Of a stretch of 64,000 bases of DNA, positions 26,199 to 40,140 are shown one piece after another (position 1 is the first letter of the stretch; each line of letters begins with the position of its first letter). The stretch is from Obrimoposthia wandeli (lineage: Eukaryota): the NCBI GenBank assembly GCA_977020255.1, contig CDROCS010000868.1, positions 930,001 through 994,000 of the forward strand, written 5' to 3'. The notes beneath the pieces were generated by a model. That model was not told where the DNA came from. It searched no databases and worked only from the letters and a program-made list of their open reading frames with translations. The translations under genes and the position numbers were made by a program.

Positions 26199-27699
26199 CT
26201 AGGTAAAATTGCATCAGCATTCACAAGGACACCAGAATGATTTAATATGGTTAAGTTAATAATTTTATTTTAATTAACACGCTAGATGCCCGAAAATTGA
26301 TTATTTCTTAGCCTAACTAGTCTTGTTCTTTTTTAAGGATAAAGGTGCTAGAAATCTTCAATAAATACGCAAATGAATATGGTAAATTTTCTATGAGTAA
26401 TTTACTCTTCATCCTTGTTAATAATCCGTGTATATCTTTGCTTTTTATTCAGATGATAATTATTTGTATTAGGGAACAGTTCCAAACACCGAAAATGTAC
26501 ACATACCAAAGTAATTTTAATCCACAAAAAAGTATAAATTCAAAAAAATCAATTAATTTCACATTGACGAATTAAACAAATAATAATAAAATTATCATGT
26601 GATTTTAAATCGATAAATTATAAGCATAATTCTTAAAAATATACTCGTGTACTCAAACGTTGAATTTTTAGCCCGCAATATCTATACACAGATTAAAATA
26701 TTTGACAGAAAAATAATGTGTGAAAAATAATTTTTAAACAAAGATGTAATATGAATTTTTCCGCGAAATTCCATTTGGCAATCACTGACATAAAGAATCT
26801 AGATATGGCATCAAAAGTGACATGTACATTTCTAAATAACCTATATTTAGTAAATATGTTAACCAAAAATATTGAAAAAAACGAGTTAAGAACAAACGCT
26901 TAACGAAAAACAAAATTACAACTTTAAAGCTAAGTTTACCTGGAATAGCTTCCAAATGAAATTTTGCTTTTTGCCTTAAATTATTTAAATACTATTTAAT
27001 ATGAGTGACAGAATTTTAATTGGTTTCTAATTTTAAATGGAAACCAAACCTTATAACAACCAATTTAATATAACATTCATAATGCTTTCATTGGTAAATA
27101 ATTAGATAAATTATTATTTGAAAATATACAAATATTTAAAATTAAAACTATTTAATATTATTAGATTAAAATTATTAAATTTATAATTTTATCGAGAAAT
27201 TTGTGTTTAAATTCTATTCAATTCTACTTTATTTCTTCGATTCTTTGCCAATTTCCCATATAATTATTTTTAACAATTCATGAGTTAATAACTTTTTCTA
27301 TTTTTAATAATTATAATTATTTATCAAGTTTTTTCTTTAATTTGATGTTAATTTGATGTTATTTAAATAATTTTTAGCATTATTTTTAGACAAAAATTTC
27401 CCATTCTCACATATTTATTTTATATTTTATAACTAATAACAAATCTTTGAACAAAACAATATGAAAGAGCTATTGACAGATTCTTTCAGTCTTTAAAAGC
27501 TAAAAAGGCCGAAAGTAATGATTGAAAACTGAAGTGTGCCTTTCCGCAAAATAATTCTAATTAAATGAAAAGTAAAAGTCAAATAAACTTTACTTCACTG
27601 GTGAGCTATAATGTAACAAAATAGTTGAAACGTTCTTACAAAAGAATTTATCAAAGATGAAAACCACATTCTTTTAAAAATATTTTCAATTAAACTTAT

Positions 27700-28700
27700 T
27701 TATCCAGCAATAATTAATTTCTACAATTTTATGTCCATCGACTGTATTTATCAGGGACAATGCCCTTATCAATAAGGTTATTATATTCTTCTTACTCGTT
27801 TGAATTTTCTTTGTATCTAATTTTAGTATTACAGTGTCAAGCTTCATTTCAGCCCTCGCCAGAACTATGTGATCTTCAAGACATAACATATTGCACTTAT
27901 AAGTTGGTGATCAAAAATGTCATGTGACATCTGAAAGAAATTCTGAGTTTCTTTTAATGTTTCTTGGAAAGGTTTTCACTTTTAGTTTTCTTGTAAGAAT
28001 AGACTTTATGACTCCCTGTATAAGACCAGCCAAATTTTTGATACAATCAATGATACAGTTTGAAGTAGAGTAAGGCTTTCAGATTCTTAAATAATTAGAT
28101 ATTGCTCTTCGAACATTTGTTTGCAGTTATTGATGAACCCTTTAATTTTCTGTGGCCAGTTGACCAGATTTGACTTTCTTCCTTGGAGTTGTAAAGTAAA
28201 TTTATTTAGAAATTTAAAAATGTCACTCAGAAAAAAAATCATTCAATATGTTCTGTACTTGCTTCATTTTGGAGTTCGGTTCAACCAATTCAGATTAGAA
28301 CTTTAAAAAGTGTTACAGCTTGCCAAAAATTCACTAATATATAAGGACAGTTTTCGGATTGCACTCTAATCTTTGTAAGCAAAGTTTTAAAACTTTCTTT
28401 TCAAAAAAATTGTGGAACAATCTGTTTCCTGTTATTTGCAACTTCTATATTGTCACACATTGTTTTGATCCTAAGAGTTTTCGGTGTGCTTTGCAGTGGA
28501 AATACATTATATGGGTCAATTATTAATTATTCAAAATCTTTCATCACTTCTAATAAAAAAAGATTCTTCACTCATATCATTTTGATACTCAAAATTAACA
28601 TGTGAAAACAGTAAGACCTCGTTAGTACAATTCATCTTGTCAATAACTGTCATTCTTGAAAGAGGACCATTGATATGACTTCTGTTTTCAGAAGTTTTTC
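27700..28700 (-). pseudogene. Highly decayed hAT transposase remnant
   Basis: IMYFHCKAHRKLL (hAT HCxxH motif) and LQLQGRKSNLV; frames heavily broken. Confidence 0.45.
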
Positions 28701-30949
28701 TGAAGTACAAGGTAGCAAAGCTAATTTAATAAAGTTCTTTCCACGTCCTTGAGGTTCTCTGACGTTTACTTTTAGTTTTCTTGTAAGAATAAAGACTTTA
28801 TGACTTCAGACACTAAATAATTGGACTTTAAAGATTTATTCTGTGGTGCTTTCTATTTCTTGAATAAGTCATCTAATTTTGTTGCTTTCTTTAAATTTTA
28901 TTTCAAAGTCGTTTCTATTTTTAACAACAGACAATAGGTGTTTTATTGTTCTGATGAATGTCATTTATACCTTTTTATCAAATAGTTGGACATAATAAGA
29001 CCTCATTCGACACAAACTGACCTATTATTATACTGTTCATTAATGCATTCTAAAAACAAACAAAATACAACTTTGTATTGCATAATTCTTTTCTTTTTGC
29101 TAATGTATCACATTCTATCTTGCTAAAATATACAATTAAAAGGAATAAAAATATACTTACTACGTAGAAATTAAGTAGAAACAGAATAAAATAGAAATAA
29201 AGTTTTTTTAATTTTTTTAAAGATATATATAATTCAGACAAAACTTCCAAGGACATTAGATTAAAAAGTTTACATTTTGTATAATAAATTTTCAATTAAA
29301 CTCGTTAAAATTTGGAAACATATATATAATTGTGCATATATTCTTTCTCTATATAAATATAGCTGTGGATCACTCTGAAATCTCGGAAGAAAACACTTTG
29401 AGCATTACTGTTCAACACGATACAGTATCCTTCATTCTTGTGGTTTATTGGCGATTTATTGTTTTGGATTGTAATGTTCCTTTCCGTCTCCATGATCTAC
29501 TCTACACTACATTCCTTGTAGACTGATTCATTTACATTTATTGTCGTCAAAACCGATGCTAAATTCAAGCACACGATGAGTGTTAATTGAACTTGGCTAT
29601 TATACGATCTGGATAGAGTTAGAAATTAGTCGATTTTATGCCATCACTCTACACTAATTGATTCAATTCAGACTAACACGGTAATCTGAGAAAAACGATA
29701 AATCAATACAGTCATTATTATGAAAAATTAATGCTAGTGATATATTACAACGTGATTTATGAATAAAAGTTCTATGCTCCTAAAAGGTTGCTCGTCAATG
29801 GAAAATTTATGTTCTCGGACAGACTTCTAAGCAACTTTGTAATAGACTTCAACTTGTTCATCAACTATACTAAGATAAGATTTATCAATATAATGTCAGA
29901 AGCAAATTAGTGATTACACATAACTCAAATGAGCATCAAACTTTAAAAACAGGATTGCTGAAGTTGTGAATTTATTGTGTCTGGAATTTTTAGGTGACAC
30001 TGTCTTCAGCTTTATTTTGCAATTATCAGAATTATTCCTATTCTGTGTATATAATAACAAAGAGGTATTCAAATTTGCACAAGCATATTCAAAAATTCGG
30101 TCATTTTTCTTTTCAAAATTTTTGTTTTTCTATTTAATTTCGTATACTAAATATTAATGAAGCCGTAATGTTAAAGTGTAATACTATTTATAAAGTGAAT
30201 CTGTAAAATTAAAATAATTAACTCTATTCCTTCAAATTGGAGTATATCACTAGGGTGAGTACTAAAGAAAATACCTAATAAACACTTTTCCAAATCATTT
30301 TCATTTTTCTAAATATTATTAAACAACAAAAACCAGAAAAAATGATTTATGTACTGTAAATTTACCTAATATATTTTTAATATTGTTCTTAATATTACAT
30401 AATTTTTATTTTATAAATTGTTTTAATATTTCAAATAGTTATCAACTATATCAAAAGTTAATGTTTCTAAAAATCATTTTAATCTGAGAAATTATTCAGA
30501 TATAATTTAAGTACATTAGTTTTGGTAAGTCTAATATCAATAGCAAGAATCCCATCGACTTCTGTTGTATTAGATCGATATCATTATTTACAAAATAGAA
30601 AACGTGGAATCAGAAAATACAAAATGATTAATACGGTTGCCAATGAACTTTATGAACTATAGACGAAGTTAAATATAGGTTCATTAAAATTCGAATTTAT
30701 AGAAAAGAGATTCATATATACCAAAAATTAAGCAAAGAATCAAAACATAGTAATTTGTTTATGGAAGTTTTAAATATTCATGATTAAAATGTTAAAATAT
30801 TTAAAGAATCTGAAACATTTTAAAAAATATAAATCGATAATAAATCAAAAATTTGGTCGATTGTTTATATTGGAATAAAAACGAAATAAGAAACTATCAC
30901 AGAATTTTAGGTTAATTAAAGAAATAATTCATTTTTCAGATTAGTTAAA

Positions 30950-32170
30950 TAGAGATGGCACACATCATGATTATTTACCACCCGATAAACAAGTTGATAA
31001 GGAAAATGTACATCAACTTTCAAGCGTATAATTTCAACAGGTTTATCAACTCGTAAAGCTCTAACTTTATTAAAACAAGCTGAATTATCAACATCACCAG
31101 TTAGGGGTTTACGAAAAGCTGTTTATAGAAGTGGTAAAAATGAAGAAATTAACAATTACGATTGTTATTTATGTCTACAATTTGATGGTAAAATAATGAA
31201 TGTTTACGATGAAAATCACGTAGAAAGACTTGCTATATGTTTAACATTAAAATAATTTTCATAAATAATAGCATTTAAAACAGTACCGCACAGTATAAGC
31301 AAAACTACTTGTACATCTATGATGGAAGTCGTTACAAAATATAATATTTTATTCAAATTGAAGTTAATAATATGTATTACTACATCGACTAATACGGGTA
31401 ATTTAATTGGAGTGGAGACACAATTAAAAAGACTGAACTCTAACATTAGTTATGAAGGAAGTAGATTCCATGTTTTAGATCTAATTTTGAGACACGTTTA
31501 CAATAAGCTATTGTAAGTAAATTTTAAAGTCTTAATTTGAAGTACATTTTTATTGTTAGATTAAGAAAACATTTTCAAAGCTTACTAAATAACTATAAAG
31601 GTGATAGATCTGTTTTTAAGATCCAACTTGATGTTGTATGGAGAAATGATTTTAAAGAGATGTGGAATTTAAGTAATGCGTATGCATATTACAGGAGATT
31701 CAATAAGAAATTATATTATTTTATTTTGCAAATCTGGTAATATATCAAATGCTCGCTGGAATACAAAGGCCTAAAAAGACCTAAAAAAAGCCCCTAAAAA
31801 CTCTAAAATAATAGACAAAAAAATAAAATAAAAAAATAAGTTTATAAAATAAAGTATTTCTTAATATCAAATGATAAAGACGGAGACCTAAGAATATTTT
31901 TTTGATTTTATTGTAGATTATTGGTGGGAATCACTATTTCATTTAGTCATAAAAATATTTTAATTGAGATAATTTAGAATCACAACTTGGACCACTACAT
32001 TACCAAAATACCCAAAAGGGTTTTATTGTTTACAACGCCATTTGACGAAGGACACCAACTGTTTAGACATTGCTTACAGAAATGAGATATTTGAGCGGGC
32101 ATTAGCTCAGATACAACTTTTAGTACCGAGATGCCAATATAATGACAATTTAGAATTGCGTGGTAAGACA
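30950..32170 (+). pseudogene. Decayed hATm-like transposase remnant
   Basis: LQFDGKIM..HVERLAI, TSTNTGNLIGVETQL..RFHVLDLILRHV, NARWNTKA motifs. Confidence 0.6.
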
Positions 32171-34859
32171 GTTTTCAATCATGAGGCGATCTAATATTTA
32201 ATACATAATTTATGGACTTTGATCTATTTTTGTATTTCAATTCGCAGTACTTATAATGTTCACATTTGATTTTTTTTCAGTTTTATAAAAAGAATAAAAA
32301 ATAGAATATTGATAATTGTTTTCGAAAATTTAACTTTTTGTTAAAATAGTGTACCCTAGTATTCACACCTTAGATTTTGTTATCTTTGAATGATTTTTAA
32401 TAGTTTCAATTTAATTATTTTGACATCTCAAATATTATAATTAAAATTACATTAACGAAGGGAAAATGCTTAAGTAGATTTTCTGTTTAACATGATTTGG
32501 TCGACATATTTAAAATAACATTCTGACATAATGCAGACAAGTATATACAAGTCCTAGAAAATATATCCCTGAGACTGGCTATGTACGAATGAGATCATGT
32601 TATCGAAGTTATTTAACAAAATATTTTAAAACACTAATGAGTTTAAGAACAATTGAATGACTAGCGTATTTGCCAGATGTCAATTATATTGAAAAGGTTT
32701 GGTAAGATCTTAAATAAACCAATCGAAAAAAATATGACATTTTCGATGATTTAAAAATGCTTAGAGAAGGAAAATCCACACTAAACTATTGATCATATAA
32801 AGATTATATTTAATGATTATATATATCCTTGACTGCAAGATTGCAAAAATGTTTCAATTTATTATGTCCTATTATTATTATTATTATTGGGGTTTTCTTT
32901 CAAACTCTAGAATCTTCGTATGGAGGCCCCCAACGTCAGTTCTGTAGCGATAGAGCTTACACATGGATGTGACCTACCTAAGAAGAATTATTGCGGACAG
33001 GTCGAAATTCGCAAGAGTGAAATAGAGAGACAGAAAGTCACCAATCTTGGGTAATTTGTATCACCGACTACACAGCGTCCATGACAATTCCATAACAGGA
33101 AGTCATCGCCAATTACCGGACTCGCAATACTGATTAAGTAAGTATTTAAGGCGAGTGGTAGTTAATTTACTCGCACAATTTTAGATAGTTACAAGAATTG
33201 CAAGTGGAATTCGAATCGAAGCAGAAGATATACGGTGAGAGTAAGCCAGCCGACAAAAAGCAACAATCTACATAATCAGAAATGTTGAAGCAACTCCCAC
33301 AACGAGATAGGACGCTGGTGGATAACCAAAAATCAAGTGACAGAAGAACAACCACCTACAGAATCAGAAGTGATTGAAGCAACTCCCACAAATAGATAGA
33401 ACGTGGACAAAATATCCAGGAGAAATCGTGAGAGACTCACTAACATAATAATTTGTATTTTCATAAAGTTTTGTAATCAGAAACCAAAAATATCATATTT
33501 GCAATATTGGTTTATAAAAACCTACAAAACCCTGTATAATATAGATTGTGTTGTGGAACCTAACTCTTTAATCATGTCTACGATAGAAAACATGACTCTT
33601 AAATTAATAATTAATTTGTATTTCATGAATTGATAACAATTCGTATTTCGTGAATTAATAATAATTCACCATTTCAGAACTTGTTAATAGAATAACCATA
33701 TTCACCTACATTAATGATTCATATTTCATAAATTGATAATCGAATAATTCATATTCGAGTAAACGAGTAAAAACGTATCGCTGTGGTTTTTTGTAAATTC
33801 TCCATTGAGAACTAGTATTTGTGTCCCCTGTAGATTCCCTAGTAGATAATTCATAATTGTTTTTAGCGTATAGTTTCCAGTAAAAACCAGACAACTATTG
33901 CTAGTAGTAGGTAGAAGGATGGAGTCTAGATCACTTGACCCCCCCCCTAAAGGGTGTCATACCATAAGGATGTCACACCATAAAGGTGTCTTGCCACACC
34001 ATAAGGGTATATGTTGCCTCACCTCCGGTGACCCAACATATACCCTTATGGTATGGCAACACACCCTTATGGTATGACACCCTTTAGGAGGAGGCGGGAG
34101 GGGAGGGGGAGGGGTAGCGGGGAGGGGTCAAGTGATCTAGACTCCATCCTTCTTTGATATACCACTATGGTCGTCCATAGTTTAAAGGGTCAAGTGGCTT
34201 AGTCTCCACCCTTCTTTTTGAGATATACCACTATGAAAGGGTCAATTGGCTTAGTCTCCACCCTTCTTTTTGAGATATACCACTATGAAAGGATCAAGTG
34301 GCTTAGTCTCCACCCTTCTTTTTTGTGATCTCGTCCATAATGAAAATTTAGGATAAAGTTCACACTTACCAATTAAGAATGTATGACGTAATCATACACA
34401 CACTATTTTATGTGAAATTTAAACTAAAGTTCACTCTTATAAGTTAATGAATGTATTACGTAATCACACACATACTATTTTATGTGAAATTTAGATCAAA
34501 GTTTTTCCTAGGCTTTCACATTTATAGAATTATGATAAAATTTCTTTAAATAACTTCAATTATATATTAAAATAAAAAAATAAAATAAGAAAGAAGTCAG
34601 AGAATAATACAAAATTAAACACATTTATTATGTAATTTCATAATATCATCTTCAAACTTAAGTGAATAACATTTACAAAGTAAGAAAGTCCATTCTTTAT
34701 ACATTCTTTTCGTTTCAACGACTAAGTTACAACGGAATTAATAGAAAATTAGTAAAAATATTAATTTATTTGAATATTTGAATGAGAGTTTGAATAAATG
34801 AGAGGTAGAATGAATGTAAATGAATAAAATTATGCATGCAAGTATGAATGTCATTTACA

Positions 34860-35480
34860 AGTAAGAGTCTTATCAAGTGAATGTAATTTTAAAAATAAGA
34901 GTGTCGATAGTTTGATTGAATGCAAGTGTAATTTAGACTATAAGTAAATTAAAATAGAGTTTTTGTTGAATAAATTATAGTTAGATTGAATGCAAGTATG
35001 ACGAGCAAGTGATTGATAGTATGAATTTCAATACAAGTAAGTGGGTTTAGCAAGTGAATGTAATTTTAAAAATAAGAGTGTCGATAGTTTGATTGAATGC
35101 AAGTGTAATTTAGACTATAAGTAAATTAAAATAGAGTTTTCGTTGAATAAATTATAGTTAGATTGAATGCAAGTGAATGATAGTATGAATTTCAATACAA
35201 GTATGTGTCTTAGCAAGTGAATGTAATTTATAAAATAAGAGTGTCGAGAGTTTGATTGAATGCAAGTGTAATTTAGACTATAAGTAATTTAAAATAGAGT
35301 TTTCGTTGAATAAATTATAGTTAGATTGAATGTAAATGAATACAAGTATACATTCAAGTGAATTCAAATACGAGTAAGAGTTTCAGCAAGTAAATATAAA
35401 ACTATGAATGAGTGACAGTGAAAATAAGAGTGTCGATAGTTTGATTGAATGAGAGTGTAATTTAGACTAGAAATAAATTA
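34860..35480 (+). repeat. Tandem repeats of about 160-180 bp in the left arm
   Basis: Unit caagtgaatgtaattttaaaaataagagtgtcgatagtttgattgaatgcaagtgtaatttagac... recurring at about 34875, 35051 and 35213. Confidence 0.85.
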
Positions 35481-36269
35481 AAATAGAGTTTTAGTATGAA
35501 TAAAGTTATGTTAAGTTACAATTAGATTAATAACAAGTAAGCAACTATAGGAATCAGTGATATTGAAGTATGTTAAAAATTAGAACGACTAAGTTATGGC
35601 AAGATTAATAGAAAACAACACCAAATTTGATAGTATGAATGAAAATTAGTAAAATATTAATGTATTTGAATGTATTTGAAAGATAGTTTGAATAAATTAC
35701 AGTTAGATTGAATGCAAATGAATGCAAGTATGATTGAATGCAGGGTCAAGTACAAGTAAGAAAGAATACGCAAGAATTGGCAAGTACGAATGCCAATTAT
35801 GAATGAAAATTAGTAAATATATTAATGAATTTGAATAATTAAAATGTCTTTACAAATTTAGTAAATTAACTCAACAACAATTTTTTTTGTTTAATTACTT
35901 GATATTTTTTGCCATTGTCCGTTTAATATAATATGAATATTCAATTTATTTCTTCAAAAATTCATTTTATATGTTAAATAATATTCTTTATCACATTATT
36001 GTGGTTTTTATCAAGTGATTTTAACCTTAAACTATAAAAATATTTTAATTATAAAGTTAGTAGCTGTATATGAATATTCAATTTATTTCTTCAAAAATTC
36101 ATTTTATATGTTAAATAATATTCTTTATCACATTATTGTGGTTTTTATCAAGTGATTTTAACCTTAAACTATAAAAATATTTTAATTATAAAGTTAGTAG
36201 CTGTACCCCGCCCACTGCATATAACATAAATTTCAAATATAAAGTACTATTAAGTTTATTATTTCGAAT

Positions 36270-38480
36270 AGTAAATGTTTTTTCGAGTTATTTAATTTTG
36301 TTTACTAATTTATTTATTTGTTGTTGTATATATTTAGTTTAAAATGTTGTAAGTTATTACTTTAATATAATTTTCAACAAAAACTTCAAGTAGTTTACTT
36401 ATTAAACATAAGTTTAATGTTTTGTACAATAAATTGACTTGTAAACATAATTTATTTTGATATATTTTCAATTTAATATGTTGTAAGTTATTACTTTAAT
36501 ATAATTTACAACAAAAACTTCAAGTAATTTACTTATTAAACATAAGTTTAATGTTTTGTACAATAAATTGACTTGTAAACATAATTTATTTTGATATATT
36601 TTCAATTTAATATGTTGTAAGTTATTACTTTAATATAATTTACAACAAAAACTTCAAGTGGTTTACTTATTAAACATAAGTTTAATGTTTTGTACAATAA
36701 ATTGACTTGTAAACATAATTTATTTTGATATATTTTCAATTTAATATGTTGTAAGTTATTACTTTAATATAATTTACAACAAAAACTTCAAGTAATTTAC
36801 TTGTAAACTACAATATTTATTTGTTGTTGTATATATTCAGTTTAAAATGTTGTAAGTTATTACTTTAATATAATTTTCATTAAAAACTTCAAGTAATTTA
36901 CTTATTAAACATAATTTTAATGTTTTGTACAATAAATTGACTTGTAAACATAATTTATTTTGATATATTTTCAATTTAATATGTTGTAAGTTATTACTTT
37001 AATATAATTTACAACAAAAACTTCAATTTCTTGTAAACTATTTATTTGTTGTTGTATATATTCAGTTTAAAATGTTGTAAGTTAATACTTTAATATAATT
37101 TACAACCAAATCTTCAAGTAGTTTACTTATTAAACATAATTTTAATGATTTGATCAATAAATTGACTTGTAAACATAATATAATTTGCATATTTTCAATT
37201 TAATATATTGTAAGTTAATACTGTAATATTTCATTACATAAAAAGTAATTCATAGTTTACTGTCGTTTACAATAAATTGACTTGTAAACATAATATATTT
37301 ATGCATAACATAATATATTCACTTTAAAATGTTGTAAGTTATTACTTTAATATAATTTTCAACAAAAAAAAAACTTCAAGTAGTTTACTTATTAAACATA
37401 AGTTTAATGTTTTGTACAATAAATTGACTTGTAAACATAATTTTTTTTTTTTGGTATATTTTCAATTTAATATGTTGTAAGTTATTACTTTAATATAATT
37501 TTCAACAAAAAAAAACTTCAAGTAGTTTACTTATTAAACATAAGTTTAATGTTTTGTACAATAAATTGACTTGTAAACATAATTTTTTTTTTTTGGTATA
37601 TTTTCAATTTAATATGTTGTAAGTTATTACTTTAATATAATTTACAACAAAAAACTTCAAGTAATTTACTTGTAAACTACAATATTTATTTGTTGTTGTA
37701 TATATTCAGTTTAAAATGTTGTAAGTTATTACTTTAATATAATTTTCAACAAAAACTTCAAGTAGTTTACTTATTAAACATAATATTAATGATTTGATCA
37801 ATAAATTGACTTGTAAACATAATATAATTTGCATATTTTCAATTTAATATATTGTAAGTTATTACTATAATATTACATTACATAAAAAAGTAATTGATAG
37901 TTTACTATCGTTTACAATAAATTAACTTGTAAACATAATATATTTATGCATATATTCACTTTAATATGTTGTAAGTTATTACTTTATTATAATTTTCAAC
38001 AAAAACTTCAAGTAGTTTACTTATTAAACATAAGTTTAATGTTTTGTACAATAAATTGACTTGTAAACATAATTTTTTTTTTTGTTGGTATATTTTCAAT
38101 TTAATATGTTGTAAGTTATTACTTTAATATAATTTACAACAAAAACTTCAAGTAATTTACTTGTAAACTATAATATTTATTTGTTGTTGTATATATTCAG
38201 TTTAAAATGTTGTAAGTTAATACTTTAATATAATTTACAACCAAATCTTCAAGTAATTTACTTATTAATCATAATTTTAATGATTTGATCAATAAATTGA
38301 CTTGTAAACATAATATAATTTGCATATTTTCAATTTAATATATTGTAAGTTAATACTGTAATATTTCATTACATAAAAAGTAATTCATAGTTTACTGTCG
38401 TTTACTATAAATTTACTTGTAAACATAATATATTTATGCATTTATTCACTTTAATACGTTTTAAGTTATTAGAATTTGTG
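36270..38480 (+). repeat. Central AT-rich satellite array (about 134-bp unit with 90-100-bp variants)
   Basis: ttgtaagtt anchor at 36347, 36481, 36615, 36749, 36850, 36984, 37075 and onward. Confidence 0.92.
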
Positions 38481-39329
38481 TTCTTGTATTCAATGATTAA
38501 CTTTTATTAAACTATTATATAACATTGAAATGTTTAAAATACTTGAGCAAAATAAATTAATATAATAAAAGGATATTAAAATGTATTTTAGTTTAAGATA
38601 AAAAAATGAGGTTATACGAAGTTAATCTAGTTTAAAAACAATTAATACCAAAATTACTTACCAGAATGTCGAAATAATAAACTTAATAGTACTTTATATT
38701 TGAAATTTATGTTATATGCAGTGGGCGGGGTACAGCTACTAACTTTATAATTAAAATATTTTTATAGTTTAAGGTTAAAATCACTTGATAAAAACCACAA
38801 TAATGTGATAAAGAATATTATTTAACATATAAAATGAATTTTTGAAGAAATAAATTGAATATTCATATTATATTAAACGGACAATGGCAAAAATATCAAG
38901 TAATTAAACAAAAAAAAATTGTTGTTGAGTTAATTTACTAAATTTGTAAAGACATTTTAATTATTCAAATTCATTAATATATTTACTAATTTTCATTCAT
39001 AATTGGCATTCGTACTTGCCAATTCTTGCGTATTCTTTCTTACTTGTACTTGACCCTGCATTCAATCATACTTGCATCCATTTGCATTCAATTTAACTGT
39101 AATTTATTCAAACTATCTTTCAAATACATTCAAATACATTAATATTTTACTAATTTTCATTCATACTATCAAATTTGGTGTTGTTTTCTATTAATCTTGC
39201 CATAACTTAGTCGTTCTAATTTTTAACATACTTCAATATCACTGATTCCTATAGTTGCTTACTTGTTATTAATCTAACTGTAACTTAACATAACTTTATT
39301 CATACTAAAACTCTATTTTAATTTATTTC

Positions 39330-40140
39330 TAGTCTAAATTACACTCTCATTCAATCAAACTATCGACACTCTTATTTTCACTGTCACTCATTCATAGTTT
39401 TATATTTACTTGCTGAAACTCTTACTCGTATTTGAATTCACTTGAATGTATACTTGTATTCATTTACATTCAATCTAACTATAATTTATTCAACAAAAAC
39501 TCTATTTTAATTTACTTATAGTCTAAATTACACTTGCATTCAATCAAACTATCGACACTCTTATTTTTTTTTAAAATTACATTCACTTGCTAAACCCACT
39601 TACTTGTATTGAAATTCATACTATCAATCACTTGCTCGTCATACTTGCATTCAATCTAACTATAATTTATTCAACAAAAACTCTATTTTAATTTACTTAT
39701 AGTCTAAATTACACTTGCATTCAATCAAACTATCGACACTCTTATTTTTTAAAATTATATTCACTTGCTAAACCCACTTACTTGTATCGAAATTCATACT
39801 ATCATTCACTTGCTCGTCATACTTGCATTCAATCTAACTATAATTTATTCAACGAAAACTCTATTTTAAATTACACTTGCATTCAATCAAACTATCGACA
39901 CTCTTATTTTTAAAATTACATTCACTTGCTAAACCCACTTACTTGTATTGAAATTCATACTATCAATCACTTGCTCGTCATACTTGCATTCAATCTAACT
40001 ATAATTTATTCAACAAAAACTCTATTTTAATTTACTTATAGTCTAAATTACACTTGTATTCAATCAAACTATCGACACTCTTATTTTTAAAATTACATTC
40101 ACTTGCTAAGACTCTTACTTGTAAATGACATTCATACTTG
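39330..40140 (-). repeat. Mirror tandem repeats in the right arm (more copies than left)
   Basis: Reverse complement of the 34860-35480 unit; this tract is longer. Confidence 0.85.

Noticed and set aside
33167-33894. Three small ORFs with identical twins at 41178-41905
   Set aside because: Identity only reflects the inverted duplication; no recognisable protein motifs.
34186-34330. CRISPR-like appearance of the 52-bp repeats (also 40659-40870)
   Set aside because: Units are contiguous tandem repeats without unique spacers, there are no cas genes, and the context is eukaryotic.
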